IMG/VR virus record: IMGVR_UViG_3300022173_000064
Span: 624 to 64,623 of that record
Source: a virus
Lineage: Duplodnaviria > Caudoviricetes
DNA: 64,000 bases
Strand: one strand, 5' to 3'
The notes under the pieces were generated by a model, which was given only the letters and a program-made list of their open reading frames with translations, was not told where the DNA came from and ran no database searches. A program made the position numbers and the translations under genes. How positions within the stretch are numbered: position 1 is the stretch's first letter; every line of letters begins with the position of its first letter. Of the stretch, positions 54,493 through 63,253 are shown one piece after another.

Positions 54493-55682
54493 GTTGGCTG
54501 GCCGCCCATAGGGTCGGGGTCTGGGCTTTCCTGGTTACGGTTGCCTTCGTCCCCGGCATTATGTCAGCGGCCATCGTCCCGCGATGGGCAGTCATTGCCC
54601 TTGGAATTCCGCTGGTGTCGCAGATCAGGTGGCAGATACCGACCGGGCTTCAACTCGCCGTCGCCGCGGGCGTGGCGTGGTCGGCGGCATCGATCATCCA
54701 CGCGCCGGATCAACTGGACAGCCTGCTCCAGTTCTTTTTCATGCTGTGCCTGATCTGCGTGATGGGCGTCGCATCCCAAGTCGACGACCTGACCGAGGCC
54801 TTGTCCGGCATGTGCTGGGGGCTTGGGCTTTCGTCCTTGGTATGCCTCATCGCATGGCGCCACGGGCACTTTCTGGCGACGTCCCACCCCGAGCTATTCC
54901 CCGGACTGTTCTACAATGCCGAGGTGCTGGTTGAGCTCTGCGCGCCGTTGCTGGTTTGGGCGGCGGTGACGCGCCGGTGGCATTTCGTGGCGATCGCCGC
55001 GGTGCCGATCCTGCTCAACAACTCCCGAATCCCTATCGTCGCCGTCATGATCGGGCTGATGTTCGCGTTCTGGCCGAAGGATTGGCGCGCGCGCCTCGCT
55101 CTCGGCATGGCTGGGATCGTGCTGGCGTGCTCCGTAGTGGCCTACATGACCTTCGGCCACTTCAAGCTGGGCAGCGCGGCGGGGCGAATTGTGTCGTGGC
55201 TCACCGCGGCCTATGCCATCACGCCGTCCGGCCAGGGGTTCGGCTGGTTCCGGGCGACGCACGGTGGCGACGAATTCGCCCATAGCGACATTCTCCAGGC
55301 ATTTGCGGAGATCGGGATCGGGGCGCTACTTTTTGCGCTGATTCCGGTCTATGCTCTGCGAAACAGGAGGGCTCATGCCGAGCGCGCCGCATTTGTCGTC
55401 ATCTGCACGGAATTGGCGGTTTCTTTCCCGATCCATGTCCCTGCCACGGGATTTCTGGCAGCCCTACTTGCGGGGTATCTGGTTCGTGATCGCCTTGGCG
55501 TTCGCGGGCTTCAATATGGCGGCCGAGATTCGGTTGGCGATCGCGATGGATGGTATCCCGCGGCTGCCGGAGCAGTTATTGGCGGAGGTCGACGGCGCAG
55601 TTTCTACCTTCCCCTTGGACCTGAGGCTGAGGAGTTATCAGCGGTGGGTCTATCGGGAAGTCGCGCGGCGGGAGCAAGATAA
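54489..55682 (+). CDS. O-antigen ligase / Wzy_C-like polytopic membrane protein
   Basis: About 10 hydrophobic segments; NSR, GRIVSW, GQGFGWF, AHSDILQAFAEIGIG motifs; TTGA and TAATG couplings to neighbours. Confidence 0.75.
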   Translation: MSWLAAHRVGVWAFLVTVAFVPGIMSAAIVPRWAVIALGIPLVSQIRWQIPTGLQLAVAAGVAWSAASIIHAPDQLDSLLQFFFMLCLICVMGVASQVDDLTEALSGMCWGLGLSSLVCLIAWRHGHFLATSHPELFPGLFYNAEVLVELCAPLLVWAAVTRRWHFVAIAAVPILLNNSRIPIVAVMIGLMFAFWPKDWRARLALGMAGIVLACSVVAYMTFGHFKLGSAAGRIVSWLTAAYAITPSGQGFGWFRATHGGDEFAHSDILQAFAEIGIGALLFALIPVYALRNRRAHAERAAFVVICTELAVSFPIHVPATGFLAALLAGYLVRDRLGVRGLQYGGRDSVGDRDGWYPAAAGAVIGGGRRRSFYLPLGPEAEELSAVGLSGSRAAGAR

Positions 55683-55858
55683 TGCCGACCGTATCGCCAA
55701 AGCAGGGGAAATTCATGAGGGCGGTAGCCCACAACCCTGAATTTTCGGCAAAGACTGGCGTTCCGCAGTCGGTAGGCAAGGAATTCGTGGCCGCAGACAA
55801 GGCGGTAGGCAAGAAGCGGATGCGGGATCTGTACCGGGGAAAGGGTCAGAAGGACTGA
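55682..55858 (+). CDS. 58-aa basic protein (below ORF-track cutoff)
   Basis: MPTVSPKQGKFMRAVAHNPEFSAKTGVPQSVGKEFVAADK..RMRDLY; fills the gap exactly. Confidence 0.7.
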   Translation: MPTVSPKQGKFMRAVAHNPEFSAKTGVPQSVGKEFVAADKAVGKKRMRDLYRGKGQKD

Positions 55859-55859
55859 A

Positions 55860-56339
55860 ATGGACCTCAGCACTTCGATGAAAGCCGCATTGGCGGAAAC
55901 GTGGGTTTGGGGCTTTAAGTCCCACGTTTTTCATTGGAATGTGCGCGGACCGATGTTTTCCCAATATCACGAGTTTTTCGGGGATATCTACAAGGACGCG
56001 GATGGCGCCGTGGATGATCTTGCGGAGCAAATCCGGGCACTGGATGAGGCCGCCCCGAGTTCGATCGATGAGATCACCGGTCCGGCGAGGATCATTTTTT
56101 CCCACGCTGACGACGCCGAACAGATGCTCGAGCAATTGTCGTCCGACAACAAGACGGTCATTGATGCCCTGACCGCGGCGCAGACCTCCGCCGAGGAGGC
56201 TGGGAAGAAGGGGCTGGCCAACTTCCTCCAGGATCGCCTCGACAAGCACGCGAAATGGGGCTGGATGCTGACGGCCTACACCAAGAAGGACGACGCGCCC
56301 CCGCGCCGCATGCGCAGCCTGTATCGAGCGAGGGCATGA
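55860..56339 (+). CDS. dps: Dps / ferritin-like protein
   Basis: HVFHWNVRGPMFSQYHEFF..DDLAEQIRAL..HAKWGWML ferroxidase-centre motifs. Confidence 0.88.
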   Translation: MDLSTSMKAALAETWVWGFKSHVFHWNVRGPMFSQYHEFFGDIYKDADGAVDDLAEQIRALDEAAPSSIDEITGPARIIFSHADDAEQMLEQLSSDNKTVIDALTAAQTSAEEAGKKGLANFLQDRLDKHAKWGWMLTAYTKKDDAPPRRMRSLYRARA

Positions 56340-56542
56340 TGGCCGACTGGATCAAAAAGGGAGCCAAGAAGCATCCCGGGCTTTTCCGGCGCAAGGCCGA
56401 GGCCGCCGGCGAGACGACGCGCCAGTTTGCGGCAGAGCACAAGGATTCGCCCGGGAAGCTGGGGAAGCAGGCCCGTTTCGCGATCAATGCGATGGGCGCG
56501 GCCAAGAAGCACCGATCGAAGCTCTACAACCACAAGGATTGA
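56336..56542 (+). CDS. Small basic protein
   Basis: WIKKGAKKHPGLF..GKLGKQARFA; ATGA coupling. Confidence 0.6.
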   Translation: MMADWIKKGAKKHPGLFRRKAEAAGETTRQFAAEHKDSPGKLGKQARFAINAMGAAKKHRSKLYNHKD

Positions 56543-56546
56543 GGCC

Positions 56547-56948
56547 ATGGCCGAAGACAAGAAATCCCGCCGCAGCGTTATGTACGACAAGGGCAAGAAG
56601 CCCGAACCGAAGGCCGAGGAGAAGAAGCCCGCGGCACCGGCGGAGCCTGCTGCGCCCGCATCTGCCGATCCCGCCAGCGCCGCGCCGGCCGCGCCGAACA
56701 TGGGCGAGACGCAATCCAAGGCCCGCACCGAGCTCCACAAGCGCCACGAGGGCGAGCGGAGGGACTTCCATGGCAACCAGCGCGACGCTCTCCGGAAGAT
56801 GGTCGCGAGGCACGACAAGGAGATCAAGGCGCTCCAGGTGGCTCATGAAGCCGAGATGGCCGGCGCTGCGGCAGTGCCTGGCGAGGGTAATGCGGCGGCG
56901 GCCGAAGGGGCTGGCGCGGTGTCTGCGGCTCCTCCGGCGGAGGCGTGA
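56547..56948 (+). CDS. His-rich coiled-coil hypothetical protein
   Basis: GAGG SD; LHKRHEGERRDFH..ARHDKE. Confidence 0.55.
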   Translation: MAEDKKSRRSVMYDKGKKPEPKAEEKKPAAPAEPAAPASADPASAAPAAPNMGETQSKARTELHKRHEGERRDFHGNQRDALRKMVARHDKEIKALQVAHEAEMAGAAAVPGEGNAAAAEGAGAVSAAPPAEA

Positions 56949-56949
56949 G

Positions 56950-57291
56950 ATGTTCACCAAGCTCGTAGACATGGAATTGGACGACGAGGAGAAGGTGGAC
57001 TTCTGCGCGCCGATCGCGTGCGCGATGCCCGATTTTCCCTACGGTCTGCGTCTGTGTCTTTCGGAAAAGGAACTCAAAAAGCTGGGCTTGCCAGTTCCCG
57101 AGGTTGGCGACTATCTTGATCTGCGCGCGTTCGCCTGCGTCAAGTCCGTTTCCTGTGATTCAAACGACAGGGGCGAGACCTGCCGGGTGGAATTGCAGAT
57201 CGAGAAGATCGCGGTTGAAAACGAGGACGATGAACCCGAGGAGATCAAGGATGCCCCCAGACGACGTTTATCTTACGGACGCTCAGGTTGA
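56950..57291 (+). CDS. Capsid staple-like protein
   Basis: FPYGLRLCL..LKKLGL..VGD..VELQIEKI pattern. Confidence 0.6.
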   Translation: MFTKLVDMELDDEEKVDFCAPIACAMPDFPYGLRLCLSEKELKKLGLPVPEVGDYLDLRAFACVKSVSCDSNDRGETCRVELQIEKIAVENEDDEPEEIKDAPRRRLSYGRSG

Positions 57292-57430
57292 GCAGATCGC
57301 CCAACGGGTGGTCGCGGTGATCGTGAAGAAGATGACCGCGCCGGATTGGCGCACCGACATCGAGCGCGAGGCGGATGAGCAGGCCGCTCTGGCGCGGTCT
57401 GAGATTGCTCGCAGGGCTATTTCCCAATGA
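57251..57430 (+). CDS. Hypothetical protein
   Basis: Overlaps upstream gene by 41 nt; ATGA coupling downstream. Confidence 0.4.
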   Translation: MPPDDVYLTDAQVEQIAQRVVAVIVKKMTAPDWRTDIEREADEQAALARSEIARRAISQ

Positions 57431-57918
57431 GGCGCATCGCGATCATTCTTGCCGCCATCGCAATCTGGATGCCCGCCGCGGCGTTCGGCCAGAACGCCTT
57501 GCTGCAGGGCGGGAGCTGGACGCTGGGGCGCTTGCCGGCCTATGTCACCCAAGGCGGCCAGCCGATCGTGGTAGACAGCGGCCCGGCTCGAGGCGGCAGT
57601 GTCGGCACCGGCGTTTCCGAGATCGGGATGATCGCGCGCGGCACTGGAGCGGCGCCGTACAGCGGGCAGGCGACCGGCGCATTCGGCTCCGCGTTCTGCA
57701 TGTATGACGCGCCGATCGACAACGCGACCGGATACCACTACCTCTGCCTCTCTCCAAACGCGACCGGAGGGAAGGCCCTGATATCGGTCGGCGCCGTCGG
57801 CGCGAGCCCAATCGGTCTGAATTTCAACATTGACGGTACGTCCATCGTCGGCGTGACGTGCTCGGGCACGCCCACGAGCAGTTTTGCAACGGTGAACGGC
57901 ATCGTCACCCACTGCTGA
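57427..57918 (+). CDS. Signal-peptide protein paralogous to tailspike N-terminus
   Basis: MRRIAIILAAIAIWMPAAAFG|Q; LQGGSWT, DSGPA, FCxYDAP..NATGYHYxC shared with 57930. Confidence 0.7.
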   Translation: MRRIAIILAAIAIWMPAAAFGQNALLQGGSWTLGRLPAYVTQGGQPIVVDSGPARGGSVGTGVSEIGMIARGTGAAPYSGQATGAFGSAFCMYDAPIDNATGYHYLCLSPNATGGKALISVGAVGASPIGLNFNIDGTSIVGVTCSGTPTSSFATVNGIVTHC

Positions 57919-57929
57919 GGGTGCATCAC

Positions 57930-60900
57930 ATGCTGCGGATTGCTGCGGGCCTGCTGGCCCTTCTGGTTTCGTCGGCCGCGTTTGGCCAAGGCACCGTCTT
58001 GCAGGGCGGCAGCTGGACGGCAGGCCGAGCCCCGATGTACGTCGGGACCGGATCCGGCCAAGCTGTTGTACAAGATTCGGGTCCAGCCGGCGGCGGCACT
58101 ACGGGGCTCGGCCTCAAGGAATTGCTCCTGACGGCCCGCGGCACCGGCACCCCGCCCTTTGTGGCGCAGGGGACCGGCCCAGGCGGGACGAACTTCTGCA
58201 ATTACGACGCCCCGACAACGAACGCGACGGGATACCATTACATTTGCATGAGCCCGAACGCCACCGTTGCGGGCGTCACGGGGTCGATCATTACGGCCGG
58301 ATCTGGCGGAGCGACGTCCGCGGTCCCGCTGTATCTTTGCTCAAACGGGACGTGCGTCACCCCGAGCGGCACTATTGCCGGCCTCACGGTCGGCACCACG
58401 ACCATAGCCGGCGGCGGCAACGGTGGCGTGCTTTACGACAACTCCGGAATTCTGGGCGAAGTAGCGGCGCCATCCGTCGCATTGAGAATGATGCAGTCGG
58501 GAGCGAGTGCGGCCCCGAGTTATTCCACGTCGACATGGCCGGCGACCACGACGATAAACCAGATTTTGTATTCCAGCGCCGCGAACACGGTAAGCGGCCT
58601 CGCCACGCAAGCCAGTTCCATATTGGTCACGGATGGCTCTGGCGTTCCGTCGCTTTCGACTACCGCTCCGAGCGGAATCAACTTTCCTCTGACTGTCGGC
58701 ACAACCACAATCGCCAGCGGCACATCGTTGGGGATGCTCTACAACAACGCGGGTGTTCTCGGGAACACCGCGTCTCTCGCAAATGCGGTTCTCGTCACGA
58801 ATGCGTCCAGCGTTCCGGCCTTCTCCACGTCGATTCCGAGCGGCGTCGTGGGGAACGCTCTCGGATGGTACATAGTCGGGTCGGCTGAGTACCCTACGGC
58901 AGCATCAGCTATTACAGCTGCGAATACCGCGGGTGGTGGCATCGTATACTTTCCTTGCAAGCCCCCTATCAATTCAACCATTTTACTTGGGTCTGGAGCT
59001 ATTGGCCTCGATATGCGCAACATGCGCAATGTGCGGTTGATCGGTGGGGCGAGTCTCAATTCTGGTGGTTCGATTTGCACCTATTTAAGTTACACTGGTA
59101 CAGGTACAGCCATTGATATTTCAGGCTCTACCGGTACTGAAATCGCAGGGCTTGAAATATGGGGACAATCTGCTGATTACGTTATTCGTGCGTCAGGTGC
59201 TACGCAGGCGGCTTATGCGCGAATCCACGACAACACGATCTTCGGCAAGACCACTGCGACAGGCATCGGTATCAGCTTCGACAATATCATTGTCTCGTCG
59301 GTTACCTCGAACGTAATTAACGCATACATCGGCATGCGCGGCATTGACTCGGTCGGTGCTACTCATACCTCCAATGTCATCCAGATCGAAAAGAATTCCT
59401 TCACTTCAGGCAACACGATCCATCTCCAGAACGCCACCCTTTGGAGCGTAGACAAGAACACCTTCACAGGCAGCGTCTCTGGTGTTGCTTACGGACAATC
59501 AGCAGGCGTTGCCGGATGTTCTATAATCAATTTCAGCAACAACGACTTTGATGATCCACAGGCTGGTACGCTGCTTATCAACACCGACTGTAAGCAAGTA
59601 AACAGTTGGGGCAATGTCTTCTCGACCATGGCTGGCGGTACGGTCTTCACCCTCACTGCCGGCACCGATGCGGTACTGAAATCCGATGGTGATTATTACA
59701 ACCTCAGCGGCACCGGCATTAATATCAACACAGGAAACTGTGCCCAACTAATCAACCCACGACTGCATGCATTGGTATCCCCAGCGATTGCTGGGACGCA
59801 AGGCTGCACCCAAACGAATCTGATCTACCAAAACTCTCAGCAATCGGGTATTCACTACGGAAACCTGAACACCGCATCACCACCGACGGCTGTTACGGGC
59901 ACTATGTTGCAGCTTAGCCAAGCTGATAGTGTGTCGACACGCCTTGGAATGTACGCCTTTGGCACGGCAAATGCTGGCGTGCTGGATATGTATAAATCCC
60001 GTGGGACTAAGGCGGCGCCTACAGCAGCACAGACTGGTGATGCTCTTGCTGCATGGATTGGCACCGGTTATGGTGCGACCGGTTACGGTGCAGCCTCTGG
60101 TGCAATCCAGATGTCGGCCGCCGAGAATTTCACCGACACCGCCAAGAGCTCCTATTGGGGAATTTTCACTGCCACCACCGGCGCGACAACCTCTGTAGAG
60201 CGTATGCGCGTAGGTCAGGGAGTTGCGATTCCAGCATCTGTCACCGGTGGTGACAAAGGCGCTGGCACGATCAACGCGACCACGATTTACCAAAACAACG
60301 TTGCGCTGGGCGCGCTGGCAACGGTCACACCTGGAACCGGTGTAGCGACGGCGCTCGGCGTGAATGTCGGTACTGCTGGATCGTTTGTGGTGAATGGCGG
60401 TGCCCTTGGCTCACCGTCATCAGCAGGTACGCTCCCCGCCCATACTCTGGGCGGGACGATCTCCGGCGGCGGAAACCAGATCAATAACGTCATCATCGGT
60501 ACGTCAACGCCACTCGCTGGCAGTTTTACGCAGCTTGGTGCCACTACTCAGATGCTGGTGGGAAACCAGAGCGCAACCGACACCATTTTGACGGTCAACG
60601 CCAACAACGGAACCCCGGATACGGACTCGTTCGGCACTAACATTGCGCACTTCATATGCCCAGACACTACGTTGTGCGGCATTTTCATGGATAGTTACGG
60701 CACTTCTGCAAGCCAAAATTTCTTGGCCAGTCGCATGGCTGGAGGGACAAGAGCATCAAAAACTGCACTAACTGCGGGAGCGGGATTTAGCTTCTTCGCT
60801 CAAGGTTGGGACACAGCTGCTTACGGGTCGATGGGGGCAATTGATATTCTCGCCAATGGCACTCAAAGCCCAACAGACCACGCTGGATACGTGCAGATAA

Positions 60901-61166
60901 GAACGGTCCCGACCGGTTCCACCACCTTGACGTTCTCCGCCCGGTTTCACCCAAGCGGAGGGCTGTCTATCGGCACGTCATCGGACCCCGGTACTGGTAT
61001 GATCTACACCAATGCCGCGACCTTCATGCATCGCACTAAAACATCATGGACCAATGGCGCCGCCGCTGGCGCTGGCACGATCACCAACGCTCCTTCAGCC
61101 GGCAACCCAACAAAATGGATACCCGTCGATGACAACGGCACGACTCGTTACATTCCTGCTTGGTAG
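57930..61166 (+). CDS. Tailspike / tail fibre with beta-helix depolymerase-like region and N-terminal signal peptide
   Basis: MLRIAAGLLALLVSSAAFG|Q; SAITAA..GGIVYFP start of a pectate-lyase-like beta-helix, Asn-ladder repeats, fibre repeats; more AT-rich codon usage. Confidence 0.8.
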   Translation: MLRIAAGLLALLVSSAAFGQGTVLQGGSWTAGRAPMYVGTGSGQAVVQDSGPAGGGTTGLGLKELLLTARGTGTPPFVAQGTGPGGTNFCNYDAPTTNATGYHYICMSPNATVAGVTGSIITAGSGGATSAVPLYLCSNGTCVTPSGTIAGLTVGTTTIAGGGNGGVLYDNSGILGEVAAPSVALRMMQSGASAAPSYSTSTWPATTTINQILYSSAANTVSGLATQASSILVTDGSGVPSLSTTAPSGINFPLTVGTTTIASGTSLGMLYNNAGVLGNTASLANAVLVTNASSVPAFSTSIPSGVVGNALGWYIVGSAEYPTAASAITAANTAGGGIVYFPCKPPINSTILLGSGAIGLDMRNMRNVRLIGGASLNSGGSICTYLSYTGTGTAIDISGSTGTEIAGLEIWGQSADYVIRASGATQAAYARIHDNTIFGKTTATGIGISFDNIIVSSVTSNVINAYIGMRGIDSVGATHTSNVIQIEKNSFTSGNTIHLQNATLWSVDKNTFTGSVSGVAYGQSAGVAGCSIINFSNNDFDDPQAGTLLINTDCKQVNSWGNVFSTMAGGTVFTLTAGTDAVLKSDGDYYNLSGTGININTGNCAQLINPRLHALVSPAIAGTQGCTQTNLIYQNSQQSGIHYGNLNTASPPTAVTGTMLQLSQADSVSTRLGMYAFGTANAGVLDMYKSRGTKAAPTAAQTGDALAAWIGTGYGATGYGAASGAIQMSAAENFTDTAKSSYWGIFTATTGATTSVERMRVGQGVAIPASVTGGDKGAGTINATTIYQNNVALGALATVTPGTGVATALGVNVGTAGSFVVNGGALGSPSSAGTLPAHTLGGTISGGGNQINNVIIGTSTPLAGSFTQLGATTQMLVGNQSATDTILTVNANNGTPDTDSFGTNIAHFICPDTTLCGIFMDSYGTSASQNFLASRMAGGTRASKTALTAGAGFSFFAQGWDTAAYGSMGAIDILANGTQSPTDHAGYVQIRTVPTGSTTLTFSARFHPSGGLSIGTSSDPGTGMIYTNAATFMHRTKTSWTNGAAAGAGTITNAPSAGNPTKWIPVDDNGTTRYIPAW

Positions 61167-61380
61167 TCTTATCGTCACTTCGGCTGCGGCGCAGACGCAG
61201 CCGCCCGACGCGGCATTTATGCAGCGCGCGGTGTCTGCATTGCAGGCGCAGCGGAACGCGGCGCAGGACGCGGCTGCAGTAGCGGAGGCTAGGGCGGCGG
61301 GGTTGGCGGATGATCTCGTCAAAGCGCGCGCGCGCATCAAGGAACTTGAGCCAAGCCCGGCCGAAAAGCCCAAGGAGTGA
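61129..61380 (+). CDS. Signal-peptide coiled-coil protein (fibre chaperone candidate)
   Basis: MTTARLVTFLLGSLIVTSAAA|Q then heptads ALQAQRNAAQDAAA..LVKARARIKEL; directly after tailspike. Confidence 0.6.
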   Translation: MTTARLVTFLLGSLIVTSAAAQTQPPDAAFMQRAVSALQAQRNAAQDAAAVAEARAAGLADDLVKARARIKELEPSPAEKPKE

Positions 61381-61383
61381 CTG

Positions 61384-61971
61384 TTGACCTCTCTCACGTC
61401 GACCGACGTCGTTAACCAGGCAATCAACATCATCGGCAACGATATTCCGCCGGTGACGGGGGTTGCGCCGACGTTCGACGACTCGACGGCGGGGAAGGCG
61501 GCGCAGCAACTCTATGGGCTGTGCGTCAACGCGGTCGGCAGGCAATTCGGGTGGGACTTTGCGCGCAACCAGGTGACGCTCACGGCGTCGGGAAACGTCG
61601 CACCGTTCCCCATGGGTTTCATCGGGGAATACCTCTACCCGACGAACGGCATCCAGGTTTGGCAACTGTTCGGCGATCTCGCGGCGGTGGGGGTGGATGC
61701 GAACAACCCCACTCCGGCGAATTGGTCCGTCGGAAATACGCTGGTGACCGGGGTCCAGAAAAAGGTCATCTGGACGAACATCACGGCACCGCGGGCGATC
61801 TACAACAACGCTCCGAACGAGAGCACATGGGATCCGCTGTTCCAGATGGCGGTGGTTCGCCTGCTGGCGAGCGCGATGGCGATGGCGATCGCCGGGAAGC
61901 CGGATGTGGCTCAATCCATGTTGGAGTCGGGAAGTGCGTTCGAATCACTCGCTGAGAGCCGGGAGGATTAG
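61384..61971 (+). CDS. Tail tubular protein A / adaptor ring, paralog 1
   Basis: DVVNQAI..IG, WDFA, EYLYP, WDPLFQMAVVRLLAS. Confidence 0.75.
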   Translation: MTSLTSTDVVNQAINIIGNDIPPVTGVAPTFDDSTAGKAAQQLYGLCVNAVGRQFGWDFARNQVTLTASGNVAPFPMGFIGEYLYPTNGIQVWQLFGDLAAVGVDANNPTPANWSVGNTLVTGVQKKVIWTNITAPRAIYNNAPNESTWDPLFQMAVVRLLASAMAMAIAGKPDVAQSMLESGSAFESLAESRED

Positions 61972-61973
61972 CC

Positions 61974-62591
61974 GTGGCATCCGTCATCACAACGGTCCCG
62001 GACGTCGTAAACCTTGCCCTCGCCGGCATCGGGCGCCGGGACCGCATTGCTTCGATTTACGAGGGCTCGGCGGCTGCTAAAGCCGCTCTGGACATCTACA
62101 GCCAGACCCGCGACGAGATGATGCGGACGGTCGACTACGGCTTTGCCGAGCGCAACGTGAACCTGACCGTGCTCAAATGGGCCAATGCAAACGGCTATTT
62201 CCCGCCGAACCAGTGGGACGGGACGTTGAACCCGCCGCCGGGCTGGCTGTTTTCGTACACCTATCCGACCGACTGCCTGAAGGTCCGCGCCATCAAGGCG
62301 CAGCCCCTTTTCCCGCTCAATTACGATCCTCAGCCGGTGGTTTTCAAGATCGAAAACGACAATTATTACACCCCGGCCCGCAAGGTGATCCTGTGCAATA
62401 TCGAGAGCGCGCAGATGGTCTACACGGGCCAGGTCACCGACCCGTCGACATGGGAGGCTTCATTTACGGAAGCCTTTGCGGCAGAGTTGGGACGGAGATT
62501 GGCACCAGCGTTGGCCACCATGGACGCAGCCAAATTTTCCGCAGCGGTTGCGGCTAAGGCCACGGACGAGGCTGATCGAACAGAGGGGTAG
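61974..62591 (+). CDS. Tail tubular protein A / adaptor ring, paralog 2
   Basis: DVVNLALAGIG, YGFA, YTYPTDCLKVR, WEASFTEAFAAELG. Confidence 0.8.
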   Translation: MASVITTVPDVVNLALAGIGRRDRIASIYEGSAAAKAALDIYSQTRDEMMRTVDYGFAERNVNLTVLKWANANGYFPPNQWDGTLNPPPGWLFSYTYPTDCLKVRAIKAQPLFPLNYDPQPVVFKIENDNYYTPARKVILCNIESAQMVYTGQVTDPSTWEASFTEAFAAELGRRLAPALATMDAAKFSAAVAAKATDEADRTEG

Positions 62592-62686
62592 ATTTTTATC
62601 TAAAAATCGCTCAAAAATGAGCAGGGGCCGAAGCTGTTGTGGCAGCGACGACCCCTTAACCGAAACCAGATGTTGGGCATCCGGAT

Positions 62687-63250
62687 ATGGCTGACGCCGT
62701 TCTACCAGAATTAATCAAGGCATGCACGTCATGCGGGACTCAACTTCCATTGAGCGGGTTTTATTTGAGCGGACGCGGCTCAGGAAAGCGGATGGCTAAA
62801 TGCATAGCATGCATGCGCGCCCTGGCTACGGGCCGGGAGAAATCGGCGGGATATAAGCTCCGAAAGTTGGAGCGACAAAGGATTCGCAGGGAGGGACCGG
62901 AAGAAAGAGCAAAGACCAATGGATGGAGGGGTAATAATCTGGAAAAAGCCAGGGCGTCCGAAAGAAAATCCCAACTCATCACTAAATACGGTTTGACCGT
63001 AGAGCAATTCGAGAAAATGATGGCCGATCAAGGATATCGGTGCCCAATATGTCAAGGCGACATCTCCGGCAAGACGAGTAGGGCGGCAAAACGCAGGGCG
63101 GCAGTAGATCATGACCACGACTCCGGAAAAGTCAGAGGCATCCTTTGCAGCCCATGTAATTCGGGCATCGGGTATCTGGCAGACGATGCAGATCGTCTGG
63201 AAGCCGCTGCCGTATATATCAGGAGGCACAAGGCGGACGCTCGGGGGTGA
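62687..63250 (+). CDS. Endonuclease VII-family homing endonuclease
   Basis: KYGLT..Q.YRCPIC..VDHDHDSGKVRGILCSPCNSGIG; N-terminal CxxC..CxxC; lower GC. Confidence 0.88.
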   Translation: MADAVLPELIKACTSCGTQLPLSGFYLSGRGSGKRMAKCIACMRALATGREKSAGYKLRKLERQRIRREGPEERAKTNGWRGNNLEKARASERKSQLITKYGLTVEQFEKMMADQGYRCPICQGDISGKTSRAAKRRAAVDHDHDSGKVRGILCSPCNSGIGYLADDADRLEAAAVYIRRHKADARG

Positions 63251-63253
63251 TCC

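Noticed and set aside
55351-55740. Alternative frame with a TM-like segment suggesting a frameshift in the ligase-like gene
   Set aside because: The main frame ends in a TAATG coupling with the next recognisable gene, supporting it as the real C-terminus.
57930-61166. Diversity-generating retroelement (expected in some BPP-1-like phages)
   Set aside because: No reverse transcriptase and no adenine-variant TR/VR repeat pair seen.
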